64,000 nucleotides of DNA from Gammaproteobacteria bacterium (lineage in GTDB: Bacteria; Pseudomonadota; Gammaproteobacteria; UBA6429; Thiohalophilaceae): assembly GCA_030148325.1 (NCBI GenBank), contig JASBTR010000145.1, positions 1,548 through 65,547 on the forward strand. Reading direction: 5' to 3'. Below the pieces are notes generated by a model, which saw only the letters and a program-made list of their open reading frames with translations, was not told where the DNA came from and made no database searches. Made by a program: the position numbers and the translations under genes. This document shows, piece by piece, positions 37,867 through 48,287 of this stretch; position 1 is the stretch's first letter; each line of letters begins with the position of its first letter.

Positions 37867-38643
37867 ATGACTCTATTTACCTGGATCATCCTTTTCAGCC
37901 TGCTGGGCGGTGTCCTGAGTGTGCTGGCGGCGTCTGTGTATCTGCTATTGCCTGCGTCACCGCGTCAGCGGCTGCTGCCGCACCTGGTCAGTTTTGCCAT
38001 CGGTGCGCTGTTAGGCGCGGCGTTTCTGGCCCTGTTGCCGCACGCGATGAGTGCCGGTGAGGATCTGCACGAACTGGGCCTGACGGTGTTGCTTGGTATT
38101 CTGGTTTTTTTTACGCTGGAGAAAATGGTGCTCTGGCGTCATTGTCATGCGCATGACTGTGAAGCGCATGGCCACAGCGAGTCTTCAGCGCCCAATACCG
38201 CCCCCGGAATTTTGATCCTGGTAGGCGACGGTCTGCATAACATGGTAGACGGCGTGCTAATCGCCTCGGCCTTCCTCACAGATTTTCATCTGGGTGTGGT
38301 TACCAGTCTGGCGGTCGCCGCGCATGAAATTCCGCAGGAAGTGGGTGACTTTGCAGTGCTGCTGCACAGCGGCTTCAGTCGCGCTCGGGCGCTGCTGTTT
38401 AATATTATTTCCAGTCTGGCGACGATTGTCGGTGCAGTGGCCGCTTATTATAGTTTTGAAGGTGCGCAATATCTTCTACCCTATGTGCTGGCGATAGCCG
38501 CCTCCAGTTTTATTTATGTGGCCGTCGCGGATCTGATTCCGGGGCTGCACAAACGGACACATTTTTCTGCAACCGTGCAGCAGCTGAGCCTGATTCTATT
38601 GGGCGTTGCGGTAATTTACTGGGCGCATTCAACCTTGCATTGA
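37867..38643 (+). CDS. ZIP family divalent metal transporter
   Basis: 8-TM profile, His-rich loop HCHAHDCEAHGH, conserved HEIPQEVGDF motif. Confidence 0.8.
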   Translation: MTLFTWIILFSLLGGVLSVLAASVYLLLPASPRQRLLPHLVSFAIGALLGAAFLALLPHAMSAGEDLHELGLTVLLGILVFFTLEKMVLWRHCHAHDCEAHGHSESSAPNTAPGILILVGDGLHNMVDGVLIASAFLTDFHLGVVTSLAVAAHEIPQEVGDFAVLLHSGFSRARALLFNIISSLATIVGAVAAYYSFEGAQYLLPYVLAIAASSFIYVAVADLIPGLHKRTHFSATVQQLSLILLGVAVIYWAHSTLH

Positions 38644-38682
38644 ACGGGTGGCAGGATTCAAACCTGCCTGGAGGAGACGGAT

Positions 38683-39213
38683 ATGACTGACAGGAATCAC
38701 TGGTACATGCTGACCCTGGTTGGCAAGGACAGGCCGGGCATCGTGGCGCATGTGACTTCGGCGCTGTTCGAAGGCGGCGCCAATCTCGGTGAAGCTTCGA
38801 TGATGCGTCTGGGAGGTAACTTCAGCATGATGCTGATGGTGCAGTTTAGCGGCAACCTGCACGCCCTGCATGAACTCATCGACGGTGTGGCCGAGTCTAT
38901 GTCCCTGCATGTGCATCTCGACCGTATTGAGGGCCATCTGCATGATCACCGGCAGCCTGATGTGCGTATCAGCGTCTATGGCGCAGATCGGGCCGGCATT
39001 GTCGCCAAGGTAACCGGGGTGCTGGCTGAGGCCGGTCTGCATATTCTGGATCTGGAATCGGATGTAGCGGGGACGGAAGCCGAGCCGGTTTATATTATGA
39101 CTATCGAAGGCCTTGCGAGCGAAGGCATCCCGGCGCTGGAGTCAGCGTTGGCGATTGTGAAACAGGAAGGCATTGACGTTAGCCTGGAATCCATCGATAT
39201 CATGCTCGGTTAG
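38683..39213 (+). CDS. Tandem ACT-domain protein (GcvR-like)
   Basis: Two ACT repeats (LTLVGKDRPGIVAHVTSAL.. and ISVYGADRAGIVAKVTGVL..). Confidence 0.7.
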   Translation: MTDRNHWYMLTLVGKDRPGIVAHVTSALFEGGANLGEASMMRLGGNFSMMLMVQFSGNLHALHELIDGVAESMSLHVHLDRIEGHLHDHRQPDVRISVYGADRAGIVAKVTGVLAEAGLHILDLESDVAGTEAEPVYIMTIEGLASEGIPALESALAIVKQEGIDVSLESIDIMLG

Positions 39214-39240
39214 ATAGCGCCCATCTATAAAGATTCGTAT

Positions 39241-39385
39241 TAAACGCAGAGGGCGCAGAGGTGCGGAGACGCAGAGATTGTATGATTTTGATTATAAAAC
39301 TTTTTTCTTTGCACCTCAGGGGCACTTTCTCACTTTGTTCGGGCGCGTCTTCGCGTTATGTATCCACGTTTATGGATAGACACTA
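39241..39385. repeat. Degenerate CGCAGAG palindrome (loop homologous to 30156..30196) ending in an IS-terminus-like 25-mer
   Basis: TAAACGCAGAGGGCGCAGAGGTGCGGAGACGCAGAG then a loop AGATTGTATGATTTTGATTATAAAAC.. . TATCCACGTTTATGGATAGACACTA (39361..39385) matches the reverse complement of the IS left end at 22/25. Confidence 0.7.
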
Positions 39386-39389
39386 GATA

Positions 39390-39890
39390 ATGGCTGTACT
39401 GGAAATTCTGAAATACCCGGATCCGCGGCTGAAGGAAATCGCAGCCGAGGTTACCGAGTTCGATGCGAGCCTGTGTGCGTTCATTCATGATCTGGAAGAG
39501 ACCATGCGCGCTGGCCCCGGTGGTGTAGGTATTGCTGCACCTCAGGTCGGGCATCTGCAGCGTATTGTTATCGTCGATGTGTCCAGTAAGCCGAAGGTCA
39601 AACAACACGGTCGGCTGCTGCTGATCAACCCTGAGATTCTGGAATGGGAAGGCATGGTCAAAGGCCGCGAAGGTTGTATGTCGGTACCGGACTATACGGG
39701 CAATGTCATCCGCGCCAGAACTATCAAACTACAGGCGCAGGATGAACAGGGTGAAGTCCAGGAGTATGAAATGGAAGGTTTTGAAGCGCGTGCGGTTCAG
39801 CATGAAATCGATCACCTCGATGGCCTGCTGTTCCTGGACCGGCTGGTGAGCCGACGCAACGATCTTTTTCAACGCAAAGTATATAAATAA
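39390..39890 (+). CDS. def: Peptide deformylase
   Basis: Motifs GIAAPQVG, EGCMSVP, HEIDHLDG. Confidence 0.9.
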   Translation: MAVLEILKYPDPRLKEIAAEVTEFDASLCAFIHDLEETMRAGPGGVGIAAPQVGHLQRIVIVDVSSKPKVKQHGRLLLINPEILEWEGMVKGREGCMSVPDYTGNVIRARTIKLQAQDEQGEVQEYEMEGFEARAVQHEIDHLDGLLFLDRLVSRRNDLFQRKVYK

Positions 39891-39950
39891 AAATCACAAA
39901 AAAGGGAAAAGATGCAAGCAAGAAGATATAAGGTGAAAAAAGGGGGCTGT

Positions 39951-39981
39951 TCCTCGCCCCTCGTCCCTCGTCACTCGTCCC
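39951..39981. repeat. (CCTCGYC)n heptamer array upstream of the acyltransferase gene
   Basis: CCTCGCCCCTCGTCCCTCGTCACTCGTCCCT. Confidence 0.85.
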
Positions 39982-40000
39982 TTTCAGCCGGCTTATCCCA

Positions 40001-40684
40001 ATGCTGATTGCAGCAAGCACGGTCTTTATTTTTTTTCTCTCCCTTGTGTGGGCTGGCTTTCACGCCAATGAAGCTGACTGGGGACGGCCGTGGCTGAATC
40101 TGCTGGATGGCTGGATTCGCCTGTTTCTAAAATATTATCACCGCTATCAGTACAGCCCGGTGATGCTACCCAGACAGGGGGCGGCGTTACTGGCGGGGAA
40201 TCATGTATCCGGCCTGGATCCGCTGTTGCTGATCGCCGCCTGTCGGCGTCCGGTGCGTTTCATGATTGCGCGGGAAGAATACGAACGCTTCGGTCTGCGC
40301 TGGTTTTTTCGCGCCGGCGGCTGTATTCCGGTGGAGCGTAGCGGCAAACCCGAAAAGGCGTTTCGTGATGCGCTGACGGCGCTGAAAAAGGGTGAGGTGG
40401 TGGGTATTTTCCCGGAAGGTGCTATCCATCTTTCCACTCACCCACCCCGACATCTAAAACGGGGGGTGGCGGTGCTGGCTGAACTGAGCGGCGCGCCGGT
40501 TTATCCGGTCCAGGTGAGTGGCATTGCCGGCGAAGGCCATGTCATTCTTGCCCTGCTTAAGCGTGGCCACGCTCGACTACGGGCTTTTCCGCCACTGAAT
40601 TGCGCAGCGCTGGGGCAGTCAACCTGCCTCGAACAACTGGGGCAGCTATTAAGAGCAAAGGAACGAGTGACGAGTGACGAGTGA
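40001..40684 (+). CDS. Lysophospholipid/1-acyl-sn-glycerol-3-phosphate acyltransferase family protein
   Basis: NHVSGLDP (HX4D) and FPEG motifs. The C-terminal ..VTSDE* is encoded by a GACGAGT heptamer array. Confidence 0.75.
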   Translation: MLIAASTVFIFFLSLVWAGFHANEADWGRPWLNLLDGWIRLFLKYYHRYQYSPVMLPRQGAALLAGNHVSGLDPLLLIAACRRPVRFMIAREEYERFGLRWFFRAGGCIPVERSGKPEKAFRDALTALKKGEVVGIFPEGAIHLSTHPPRHLKRGVAVLAELSGAPVYPVQVSGIAGEGHVILALLKRGHARLRAFPPLNCAALGQSTCLEQLGQLLRAKERVTSDE

Positions 40685-40689
40685 CGAGT
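40663..40689. repeat. (GACGAGT)n heptamer array forming the acyltransferase 3' end; inverted partner of 39951..39981
   Basis: ACGAGTGACGAGTGACGAGTGACGAGT contains the TGA stop at 40682..40684. Confidence 0.85.
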
Positions 40690-40706
40690 CAAACCTTATA
40701 CGATCT

Positions 40707-40863
40707 CATACGTAGGTACTTAAGCATGTGAACAATTGCAGGTATGGCTTTAGCCGTACAAAATACTCAATTATGCGCCACACTCTACGTTATTTAAGCG
40801 CTGCTGTTCGCCTGAAGGCGAACCTGCAGGTGAATGAATTCCTTAAGTACCTACCTACGTATG
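40707..40863. repeat. ~157-bp element with CATACGTAGGTACTTAAG terminal inverted repeats carrying a GTTCGCCTGAAGGCGAAC hairpin module
   Basis: Left arm 40707..40724 and right arm 40842..40863 (4-nt insertion). The inner module CTGCTGTTCGCCTGAAGGCGAACCTGCAGG recurs inverted at 62328..62360. Confidence 0.7.
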
Positions 40864-41053
40864 TATATGTATACAATCCAATTTATAGCGTATGGGCACG
40901 ATTTTTGTGCCCATGCGGAAGATTGGTGAGTTGAATACTGAGAAACAGGGAACAATAGGGAAGGATATGTTTCCCCTGAATTTTCTAAATAAAAACAGTT
41001 AGATGACGATATATATTTACAAATAACAGCAAGTTTTACACAAGGAGTGCATA

Positions 41054-42538
41054 ATGGATCTGGACACATTCCAGGAACACGATATTTTCTGGGTTTTGCT
41101 GGCCATTGTGTGTGTAGTTTTGCTGGGGATGGTCATCCAGGACCTGACCCAGAAAACCCATGCTATCCGTCACAACTATCCCCTCATCGGTCGTCTGCGT
41201 TACCGCTTTGAGAATCTGGGGGAGTATTTTCGTCAGTATTTCTTTGCCAGTGATCGTGAGGAGCTGCCCTTTAACCGCGCTACCCGCACCTGGGTGTATA
41301 AAACCGCCAAGGGCCTGGGGGGACTGCTGGGCTTTGGTTCGACCAATGATTTGCGTCAGACTGGCTCGATTTTGTTTGTCAATGCCTCCTATCCGTTGCT
41401 GGAGGAAGAGTTTACCGATGCGCCGTCGGTGATCATCGGTGCGGATTGTGAAAAACCCTTCCATGCCCGTTCGCTGTTTAATATTTCCGGTATGAGTTAT
41501 GGCGCCTTATCGCGCCCGGCGGTGGATGCGCTCGCGCGCGGCGCGAAAGAATCAGGCATCTGGATGAATACCGGTGAGGGTGGAATGTCACCCTGGCACC
41601 GTAACGCGGGTTGTGATCTGATTCACCAGATTGGCACGGCCAAATATGGTGTGCGGGATCTGGACGGCAATCTCTGTGATGAAAAATTGCGTGAAGTCGC
41701 GCCCCATGTCAAAGCGTTTGAAATCAAACTTTCACAGGGCGCCAAACCGGGACGTGGCGGGGTGCTGCCGGCCGCCAAGGTGACCGAAGAGATTGCAAAA
41801 ATACGCGGCATCCCGGTGGGCGAGGTGTCAAGCAGTCCCAACCGGCACAAGGAGATAAAGAACTCCGATGATCTGCTGGATATGATTCAGCGGGTGCGGG
41901 ATGTTACCGGCCTGCCGGTGGGTATCAAGACCGTGGTGGGTTCGGAAAGATTTCCGGAAGACCTGTGTGAAACTATCCTGCGCCGGGGCCTGGACAGTGC
42001 ACCGGACTTTATTACCGTGGACGGGGGGGAAGGCGGCTCTGGCGCCGCGCCCCAGTTACTGGCTGATCATGTCGGCCTGCCGGTTTCCGAAGCTTTGCCG
42101 ATTTTGGTGGATACGCTGATGGCTTACGGTCTGAAAGATCGCATTCGTGTGATCGCTTCCGGTCAGCTGGTGCACTCGGCGCGGATCGCATGGGCGCTGT
42201 GTGTGGGGGCGGATTTTGTCGTCAGTGCGCGCGGCTTCATGTTTGCATTGGGCTGTGTACAGTCGCTGCAATGTCACAAGGGCACCTGTCCGACCGGCAT
42301 CACCACGCATAACAAATGGCGTCAGCGGGGACTGGTGGTGTCGGTAAAAGCCAAACGGGTCGCCCAGTATGCCTACTGGGTGAATCATGAGGTTAACGTG
42401 CTGGCGCATTCCTGCGGACTCCGCAATGCACGTGAGTTTCGCCGTGAACACATCCGTATTGTGCAGAAGGCGGGCAAAAGCACTGCTCTGGAAGAACTTT
42501 ATCCTTACCGGGGCACGCGGCAGATCAATCCGGGTTAA
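41054..42538 (+). CDS. FMN-binding glutamate synthase family protein (GltB domain-2-like), N-terminal TM helix
   Basis: Conserved ...ISGMSYGALS..., KLSQGAKPGRGG, DGGEGGSGAAP motifs. Confidence 0.8.
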   Translation: MDLDTFQEHDIFWVLLAIVCVVLLGMVIQDLTQKTHAIRHNYPLIGRLRYRFENLGEYFRQYFFASDREELPFNRATRTWVYKTAKGLGGLLGFGSTNDLRQTGSILFVNASYPLLEEEFTDAPSVIIGADCEKPFHARSLFNISGMSYGALSRPAVDALARGAKESGIWMNTGEGGMSPWHRNAGCDLIHQIGTAKYGVRDLDGNLCDEKLREVAPHVKAFEIKLSQGAKPGRGGVLPAAKVTEEIAKIRGIPVGEVSSSPNRHKEIKNSDDLLDMIQRVRDVTGLPVGIKTVVGSERFPEDLCETILRRGLDSAPDFITVDGGEGGSGAAPQLLADHVGLPVSEALPILVDTLMAYGLKDRIRVIASGQLVHSARIAWALCVGADFVVSARGFMFALGCVQSLQCHKGTCPTGITTHNKWRQRGLVVSVKAKRVAQYAYWVNHEVNVLAHSCGLRNAREFRREHIRIVQKAGKSTALEELYPYRGTRQINPG

Positions 42539-42609
42539 GCGACTTGAATCCTCTCGCAAAGGCCCCATCTAATATCAAGAATTAATAGATACCTTCAGGG
42601 GATACCATT

Positions 42610-45207
42610 ATGAGAATGGATAAACTTACCAGCAAATTTCAGATGGCGATAGCGGATGCGCAGAGCCTTGCGGTGGGTCGCGATCACCAGTTTATCGAAC
42701 CGGTGCATCTGATGAGCGCCATGCTGGATCAGGAAGGCGGAACCGTTTACCACTTACTGACCCAGGCCGATGTCAACGTCAACCTGCTGCGCTCGCAACT
42801 GGGTGAGGCGCTGGAACGCTTGCCGCAGATTGGTGAGGCGACCGGTGATGTGCATATTTCCAATGATCTTTCCCGACTCCTGAACCTGGCCGACAAGCTG
42901 GCGCAGAAACGCAACGATCAATTTATTTCCAGCGAACTGTTTGTCCTGGCGGCCGTGGATGACAAGGGCACGCTGGGCGATATTCTGCGCAAGGCCGGGG
43001 CGGTAAAAGGGGCGCTTGAAAAAGCCATTGAGAATATCCGCGGTGGTCAGAATATCAATGATGCGAATGCTGAAGAGCAGCGTCAGGCGCTGGAAAAATA
43101 CACCATCGATCTTACCGAGCGTGCTGAACAGGGCAAGCTCGATCCGGTAATTGGCCGGGACGATGAAATTCGCCGCGCCATCCAGGTGTTGCAGCGTCGA
43201 ACCAAGAACAATCCTGTGCTGATTGGCGAACCGGGTGTGGGCAAAACGGCGATTATCGAAGGTCTGGCGCAGCGCATTATTAACGGTGAAGTGCCGGAAG
43301 GGATGAAGCACAAACGGGTGCTGTCGCTGGATATGGGGTCACTGCTGGCCGGCGCAAAATACCGAGGAGATTTTGAAGAACGCCTGAAAGCCGTCTTGAC
43401 CGATCTGGCCAAGCAGGAAGGCCAGATCATTTTATTTATCGATGAAATTCATACCATGGTCGGTGCAGGTAAGGCCGAAGGCGCAATGGATGCCGGCAAC
43501 ATGCTGAAACCGGCGCTGGCGCGTGGGGAGTTGCATTGCATCGGCGCAACTACGCTGGACGAATATCGTCAGTACATCGAAAAGGATGCGGCGCTGGAAC
43601 GGCGTTTCCAGAAAGTGCTGGTGGATGAACCGAGCGTGGAAGACACGATTGCGATTCTGCGTGGTCTGAAAGAAAAATATGAAGTCCATCATGGCGTAGA
43701 CATTACTGATCCGGCCATTGTTTCGGCGGCGGTGTTGTCGCATCGTTATATTACTGATCGGCAGTTACCGGACAAGGCGATTGATCTGATTGATGAAGCC
43801 GCTTCTCGCATTCGTATGGAAATTGATTCAAAACCGGAATCAATGGACAAACTTGATCGCAAACTGATCCAGTTAAAGATTGAACGTGAAGCGCTGAAGA
43901 AGGAAAGTGACAAGGCATCAAAAGAGCGCCTGAAGAAACTGGAAGGAGAAATCAGTGCGCTGGAGCGCGAATATAGCGAGCTGGAAGAGATCTGGAATAC
44001 CGAGAAGGCAGCGGTACAGGGCACCCAGCATATCAAGGAAGAACTGGAGCGGGCGCGGCTGGAACTGGAAACAGCGCGCCGCGCTGGTGATCTGGCGCGC
44101 ATGTCGGAACTCCAGTATGGCCGCATCCCCGATCTGGAAAAACAGCTGGACATGGCTGCCCAGGCGGAGATGCAGGAAACCACCCTGTTACGCAGTGCTG
44201 TGGGCGAAGAAGAAATTGCGGAAGTGGTGTCCAAGTGGACCGGCATTCCGGTATCGAAAATGCTCGAAGGCGAGCGTGACAAACTGCTGCGTATGGAAGA
44301 GGCGCTACATAGTCGTGTGGTGGGTCAGGGTGAAGCGGTCAAGGCCGTGTCCAATGCCATTCGTCGTTCGCGTGCAGGGCTTTCTGATCCCAGCAGGCCT
44401 AATGGTTCGTTCCTGTTTCTCGGCCCGACCGGGGTGGGTAAAACCGAGTTGACCAAGGCGCTGGCTGAATTTCTGTTTGATACGGAAGACGCCATGGTGC
44501 GTATTGATATGTCCGAGTTCATGGAGAAACATTCGGTTGCGCGTCTGGTCGGTGCGCCTCCCGGCTATGTGGGTTATGAGGAAGGCGGCTATCTGACCGA
44601 GGCGGTGCGGCGTAAGCCCTATTCGGTGATCCTGCTGGATGAAGTTGAAAAAGCGCATCCCGATGTGTTTAACATCCTGCTGCAGGTGCTGGATGACGGA
44701 CGCCTGACCGATGGTCAGGGCCGCACGGTAGATTTTCGCAACACGGTGATCGTCATGACCTCCAACCTGGGTTCACAACAGATTCAGGAAATGAGTGGTG
44801 AGGAGAACTACGAGGCGATGAAGTCGGCAGTTATGGAAATTGTTGGCCAGCACTTCCGACCCGAATTTATCAACCGGGTTGATGAGCTGGTGGTCTTCCA
44901 TCCGCTGGGCAAGGAGCAGATTCGTTCTATCGCTGCGATCCAGTTTGAGTATCTGCATGAACGCCTGCGCAGTCGGCAAATGGATATTGAAATCACCGAT
45001 GCCGCGCTGGACAGAATCGCCGAAGCCGGTTTCGATCCGGTCTATGGCGCACGGCCGTTGAAACGCGCCATTCAGCAGGAAATTGAAAACAGCCTGGCCC
45101 AGGAAATCCTCTCAGGCAAGTTCCTGCCGGGCGATGTGATCGTCGTCGATGCCGACAGCGAAGGCTTCCGCTTCAGTAAGTCGGATCGACGCGCCAGTGC
45201 AGCCTGA
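42610..45207 (+). CDS. clpB: AAA+ disaggregase ClpB
   Basis: 865 aa with two Walker A sites ([16 protein letters not shown]) and a long middle coiled-coil. Confidence 0.95.
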   Translation: MRMDKLTSKFQMAIADAQSLAVGRDHQFIEPVHLMSAMLDQEGGTVYHLLTQADVNVNLLRSQLGEALERLPQIGEATGDVHISNDLSRLLNLADKLAQKRNDQFISSELFVLAAVDDKGTLGDILRKAGAVKGALEKAIENIRGGQNINDANAEEQRQALEKYTIDLTERAEQGKLDPVIGRDDEIRRAIQVLQRRTKNNPVLIGEPGVGKTAIIEGLAQRIINGEVPEGMKHKRVLSLDMGSLLAGAKYRGDFEERLKAVLTDLAKQEGQIILFIDEIHTMVGAGKAEGAMDAGNMLKPALARGELHCIGATTLDEYRQYIEKDAALERRFQKVLVDEPSVEDTIAILRGLKEKYEVHHGVDITDPAIVSAAVLSHRYITDRQLPDKAIDLIDEAASRIRMEIDSKPESMDKLDRKLIQLKIEREALKKESDKASKERLKKLEGEISALEREYSELEEIWNTEKAAVQGTQHIKEELERARLELETARRAGDLARMSELQYGRIPDLEKQLDMAAQAEMQETTLLRSAVGEEEIAEVVSKWTGIPVSKMLEGERDKLLRMEEALHSRVVGQGEAVKAVSNAIRRSRAGLSDPSRPNGSFLFLGPTGVGKTELTKALAEFLFDTEDAMVRIDMSEFMEKHSVARLVGAPPGYVGYEEGGYLTEAVRRKPYSVILLDEVEKAHPDVFNILLQVLDDGRLTDGQGRTVDFRNTVIVMTSNLGSQQIQEMSGEENYEAMKSAVMEIVGQHFRPEFINRVDELVVFHPLGKEQIRSIAAIQFEYLHERLRSRQMDIEITDAALDRIAEAGFDPVYGARPLKRAIQQEIENSLAQEILSGKFLPGDVIVVDADSEGFRFSKSDRRASAA

Positions 45208-45251
45208 AGTGGGTAGCGGGTTGCCGAGATCGAGTAGCGGAAGGTTTTTTC

Positions 45252-45488
45252 AACGCAAAGGCGCGAAGGCGCAAAGGACGCAAAGAATATTAAATTTAAT
45301 TAAAATAAATGACCCCGCCGCAAGCGGACGGGGTATTAAATCGTAGGAGCGAGCTTGCTCGCGAATGCGGTTGGATGAACCTCAAACTATTCGCGGGCAA
45401 GCCCGCTCCTACCGGTTTTAGCCGCAAGCAGCGGGGAATTTAACCCATAGAGATTCAAAAACTCTTTGCGCCTCTGCGTCTTTGCGTT
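45252..45488. repeat. Nested composite: outer CGCAAAG arms enclosing a Pseudomonas-type REP pair and shared flank modules (45313..45455)
   Basis: Outer AACGCAAAGGCGCGAAGGCGCAAAGGACGCAAAG / CTCTTTGCGCCTCTGCGTCTTTGCGTT. Inner GTAGGAGCGAGCTTGCTCGCGAAT ... ATTCGCGGGCAAGCCCGCTCCTAC. Confidence 0.85.
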
Positions 45489-46113
45489 AGATTTTTATTT
45501 TCTCGATACGCTCAATCGCCGCATCATAATTTTCTTTTTCGATTACCCCTTCTTCAAACAGGCGGGTCAATTCCTTGCGTTCAAACTCCATCATCTGTTT
45601 TTTATCCAGGTTGACATCCTGTGACGTCAGTAGAATGCGGGTCTTCAGTTCATCGGTAAATTTCCGGCATTCCTTGCGGTCGGGCTTGTTGTGCAGGATG
45701 TGCAACAGGCTACAGTTGCCGTAACGGCTGCGAAACTCCATCACATTGGGTGAGCGGTAGATGAACATGAGCAACGACCCCAGGCTCAGTAGAAGCAGAA
45801 CCACGATAAACGGCAACAGGCGTTGCAACACCTGGGTGTCGGGATGCAGAGACATGAAGACGGCATAGGCCAGCAGGGTCAGAGCAAAGTAAATCAGGCT
45901 CATCATCCAACGCCAGGAAAATCGCCGATGATGTACCGGCCAGGGCTGCAGCATATTTATTTTCAGAGTATAGGACTGCTCACCCAGCAGATTGTTTTTT
46001 TTCGCACGAATGAAATGATCGTTGATAATTTCAAAGCAGCGAACTTCACCATTGCTGCTGGCTTTCTGCGCCAGTTTACGATTGACAACTTTCTCTGAAG
46101 GGGGGGGCTGCAT
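45487..46113 (-). CDS. Hypothetical two-TM membrane protein with SHOCT-like C-terminus
   Basis: Two central hydrophobic helices and a C-terminal LTRLFEEGVIEKENYDAAIERI motif. Confidence 0.4.
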   Translation of the reverse strand: MQPPPSEKVVNRKLAQKASSNGEVRCFEIINDHFIRAKKNNLLGEQSYTLKINMLQPWPVHHRRFSWRWMMSLIYFALTLLAYAVFMSLHPDTQVLQRLLPFIVVLLLLSLGSLLMFIYRSPNVMEFRSRYGNCSLLHILHNKPDRKECRKFTDELKTRILLTSQDVNLDKKQMMEFERKELTRLFEEGVIEKENYDAAIERIEKIKI

Positions 46114-46210
46114 AGTACGTCAGTATTTAACCGTTTGTTTTTGTGCGGAAATCATACCGGAAAAAACAGGGAATGTAAGGGGGTGTTCGAGTTTGTCCAA
46201 CGGAAATGTT

Positions 46211-46349
46211 AACCACAAGGACACGGAGGTCACAGAGAAGACTATTTAATCCTAAGACAACTGACTCTTTATCCAGATCATCACAGATGACACACAACTC
46301 TGATTTTAAAATATATGAAACCTCTGTGACCTTCCGTGTCCTTGTGGTT
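46211..46349. repeat. Word-built palindrome, CACAGAG family, second copy
   Basis: AACCACAAGGACACGGAGGTCACAGAG (46211..46237) pairs with CTCTGTGACCTTCCGTGTCCTTGTGGTT (46322..46349; 1-nt bulge). Confidence 0.9.
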
Positions 46350-46426
46350 AAATTTTTTAGGGAACTGCATGCTTTTGCATGTGTCACAGGGTTAATATTT
46401 ACTTTGATATATTCTAAGTCGAAAAG

Positions 46427-47389
46427 GTGACAGGAGACGCACCCATGCTGATTAAAACACCGGCTGACATTAAGGCTTCTGAAATCACGGACAGGTCGGT
46501 CTATCTTCAGCGGCGGCAATTTCTTCATACTGCAGGTTTGCTGGGTGCCGGACTGGCGGTATCACTGCCGGGGCTGGCTCTGGCAGGTGTTCGACAAAAA
46601 CTGGCATTCAGTAAAAATCGGGCATTTTCCACTAGTGAGGAACCAACCGAACCAGGCAAGATTACGGCCTATAACAATTTTTATGAGTTCGGTACTGATA
46701 AATATTCCCCGGCGAAACTGGCGCAAAAGCTGACGACTCGCCCCTGGTCGGTCACGATTGCGGGTGAGGCAGAGAAAACCGGGGTGTTTGATCTGGAAGA
46801 TATTCTACGCAAACAGCCGCTGGAGGAACGCATCTACCGATTGCGCTGTGTCGAAGGCTGGTCGATGGTGATTCCCTGGGTGGGTTTTCCGCTGGGGGAT
46901 CTGCTGAAGACGTTTTCGCCAACCTCAAAAGCAAAATACGTCGAATTCACCACGCTTGCACGTCCCTCAGAGATGCCGGGGTTGAGTCGGCGTGTGCTGG
47001 ACTGGCCCTATGTGGAAGGCTTGCGTATCGATGAGGCCATGCATCCCCTGACCCTGCTGGCGGTTGGGCTGTACGGTGAGGAATTGCCAAACCAGAATGG
47101 TGCGCCTCTGCGTCTGGTTGTACCCTGGACATATGGCTTCAAGAGCATCAAGTCGATCGTTAAAATCCGCTTTACTGAACAGCAGCCGCTTAGTTCCTGG
47201 AGCCGGGCGAACTCGCGAGAGTACGGTTTTTATTCCAATGTCAATCCAGAGGTGGCGCACCCACGCTGGAGCCAGAAGCGTGAACGTCGTATTGGTGAGT
47301 TCCTCAAACGCAGGACCCTGATGTTCAATGGCTATGCGGAACAGGTGGCGTCACTTTATTCTGGAATGGATTTAAAAAAATACTTTTAA
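46427..47389 (+). CDS. msrP: Protein-methionine-sulfoxide reductase catalytic subunit MsrP (YedY)
   Basis: Tat signal [16 protein letters not shown] and a molybdopterin oxidoreductase core ([17 protein letters not shown]). The ATG at 46445 is the likely start. Confidence 0.9.
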   Translation: MTGDAPMLIKTPADIKASEITDRSVYLQRRQFLHTAGLLGAGLAVSLPGLALAGVRQKLAFSKNRAFSTSEEPTEPGKITAYNNFYEFGTDKYSPAKLAQKLTTRPWSVTIAGEAEKTGVFDLEDILRKQPLEERIYRLRCVEGWSMVIPWVGFPLGDLLKTFSPTSKAKYVEFTTLARPSEMPGLSRRVLDWPYVEGLRIDEAMHPLTLLAVGLYGEELPNQNGAPLRLVVPWTYGFKSIKSIVKIRFTEQQPLSSWSRANSREYGFYSNVNPEVAHPRWSQKRERRIGEFLKRRTLMFNGYAEQVASLYSGMDLKKYF

Positions 47390-47424
47390 TAAATGAGGTC
47401 CGGTCGTAAGCAAAGCGGTATTAC

Positions 47425-48063
47425 ATGCGCCAAAATCATTTTTTTCTGAAGTTAAAGCCGCTGTTCTGGCTGGCCTGCCTTGTGCCGCTGGGAGTACTGG
47501 TATTTCGCTTTGTCAGTGATGATCTGGGCGCCAATCCGTTTGAAGTGCTGACTCGGGAAAGCGGTGAATGGACTCTGCGGTTTTTATTACTGACGCTGCT
47601 GATGTCACCGCTGCGAGGCATCCTGGGGCAGGGCTGGCCGCTGGCCTATCGACGCATGCTGGGCCTGTACAGCTTTTTTTATGCCTGCGTGCATCTGTTG
47701 ACCTATATCTGGTTCGATCAGTTTTTCGATGGAGAAGAGATTTTGCTGGATATTATCAAGCGGCCTTTCATCACCCTGGGCATGCTGGCTTTTATATTGC
47801 TCCTGCCGCTGGCGCTGACCTCGAACAGGGGGATGATACGGCGGCTGGGGCGAAACTGGAAAAAGCTGCACCGGCTTGTTTATCTGGTTGCGCTTCTGGG
47901 CGTGTTGCATTTCCTGCTGCTGGTCAAAGCGGATTTGCTGGAACCGGCTATCTATATGGGTATTTTGTTGCTGCTTTTGGGCTATCGGCTATGGCATGGC
48001 CTGTGGACAAAAGGGGGAATAACAATGGCCAGATCCGCGTCTATAGCAAAGACCCTGAATTAA
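47425..48063 (+). CDS. msrQ: Heme-binding membrane subunit MsrQ (YedZ)
   Basis: Six-TM ferric-reductase-like profile with conserved His residues. Follows msrP. Confidence 0.85.
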   Translation: MRQNHFFLKLKPLFWLACLVPLGVLVFRFVSDDLGANPFEVLTRESGEWTLRFLLLTLLMSPLRGILGQGWPLAYRRMLGLYSFFYACVHLLTYIWFDQFFDGEEILLDIIKRPFITLGMLAFILLLPLALTSNRGMIRRLGRNWKKLHRLVYLVALLGVLHFLLLVKADLLEPAIYMGILLLLLGYRLWHGLWTKGGITMARSASIAKTLN

Positions 48064-48287
48064 TGGTTCGCTAGCGGGCATATTTGGTGGTTCGCATTTA
48101 AACCTGAAAACACTGATTTTGGGTTAAAGACTAAAAATCATAAATATGTCAGAATTACCGCCATCCAGATCTGTAAGATTCTGTGAGTTTGCTATGATGC
48201 TCCCGGTCAAGGTTCAGGCTGATTTTGGATTATGAAACAAAAATCTTTTTATAACAGATAGATAGCACAGGTAGAGAGGAAAACAGA

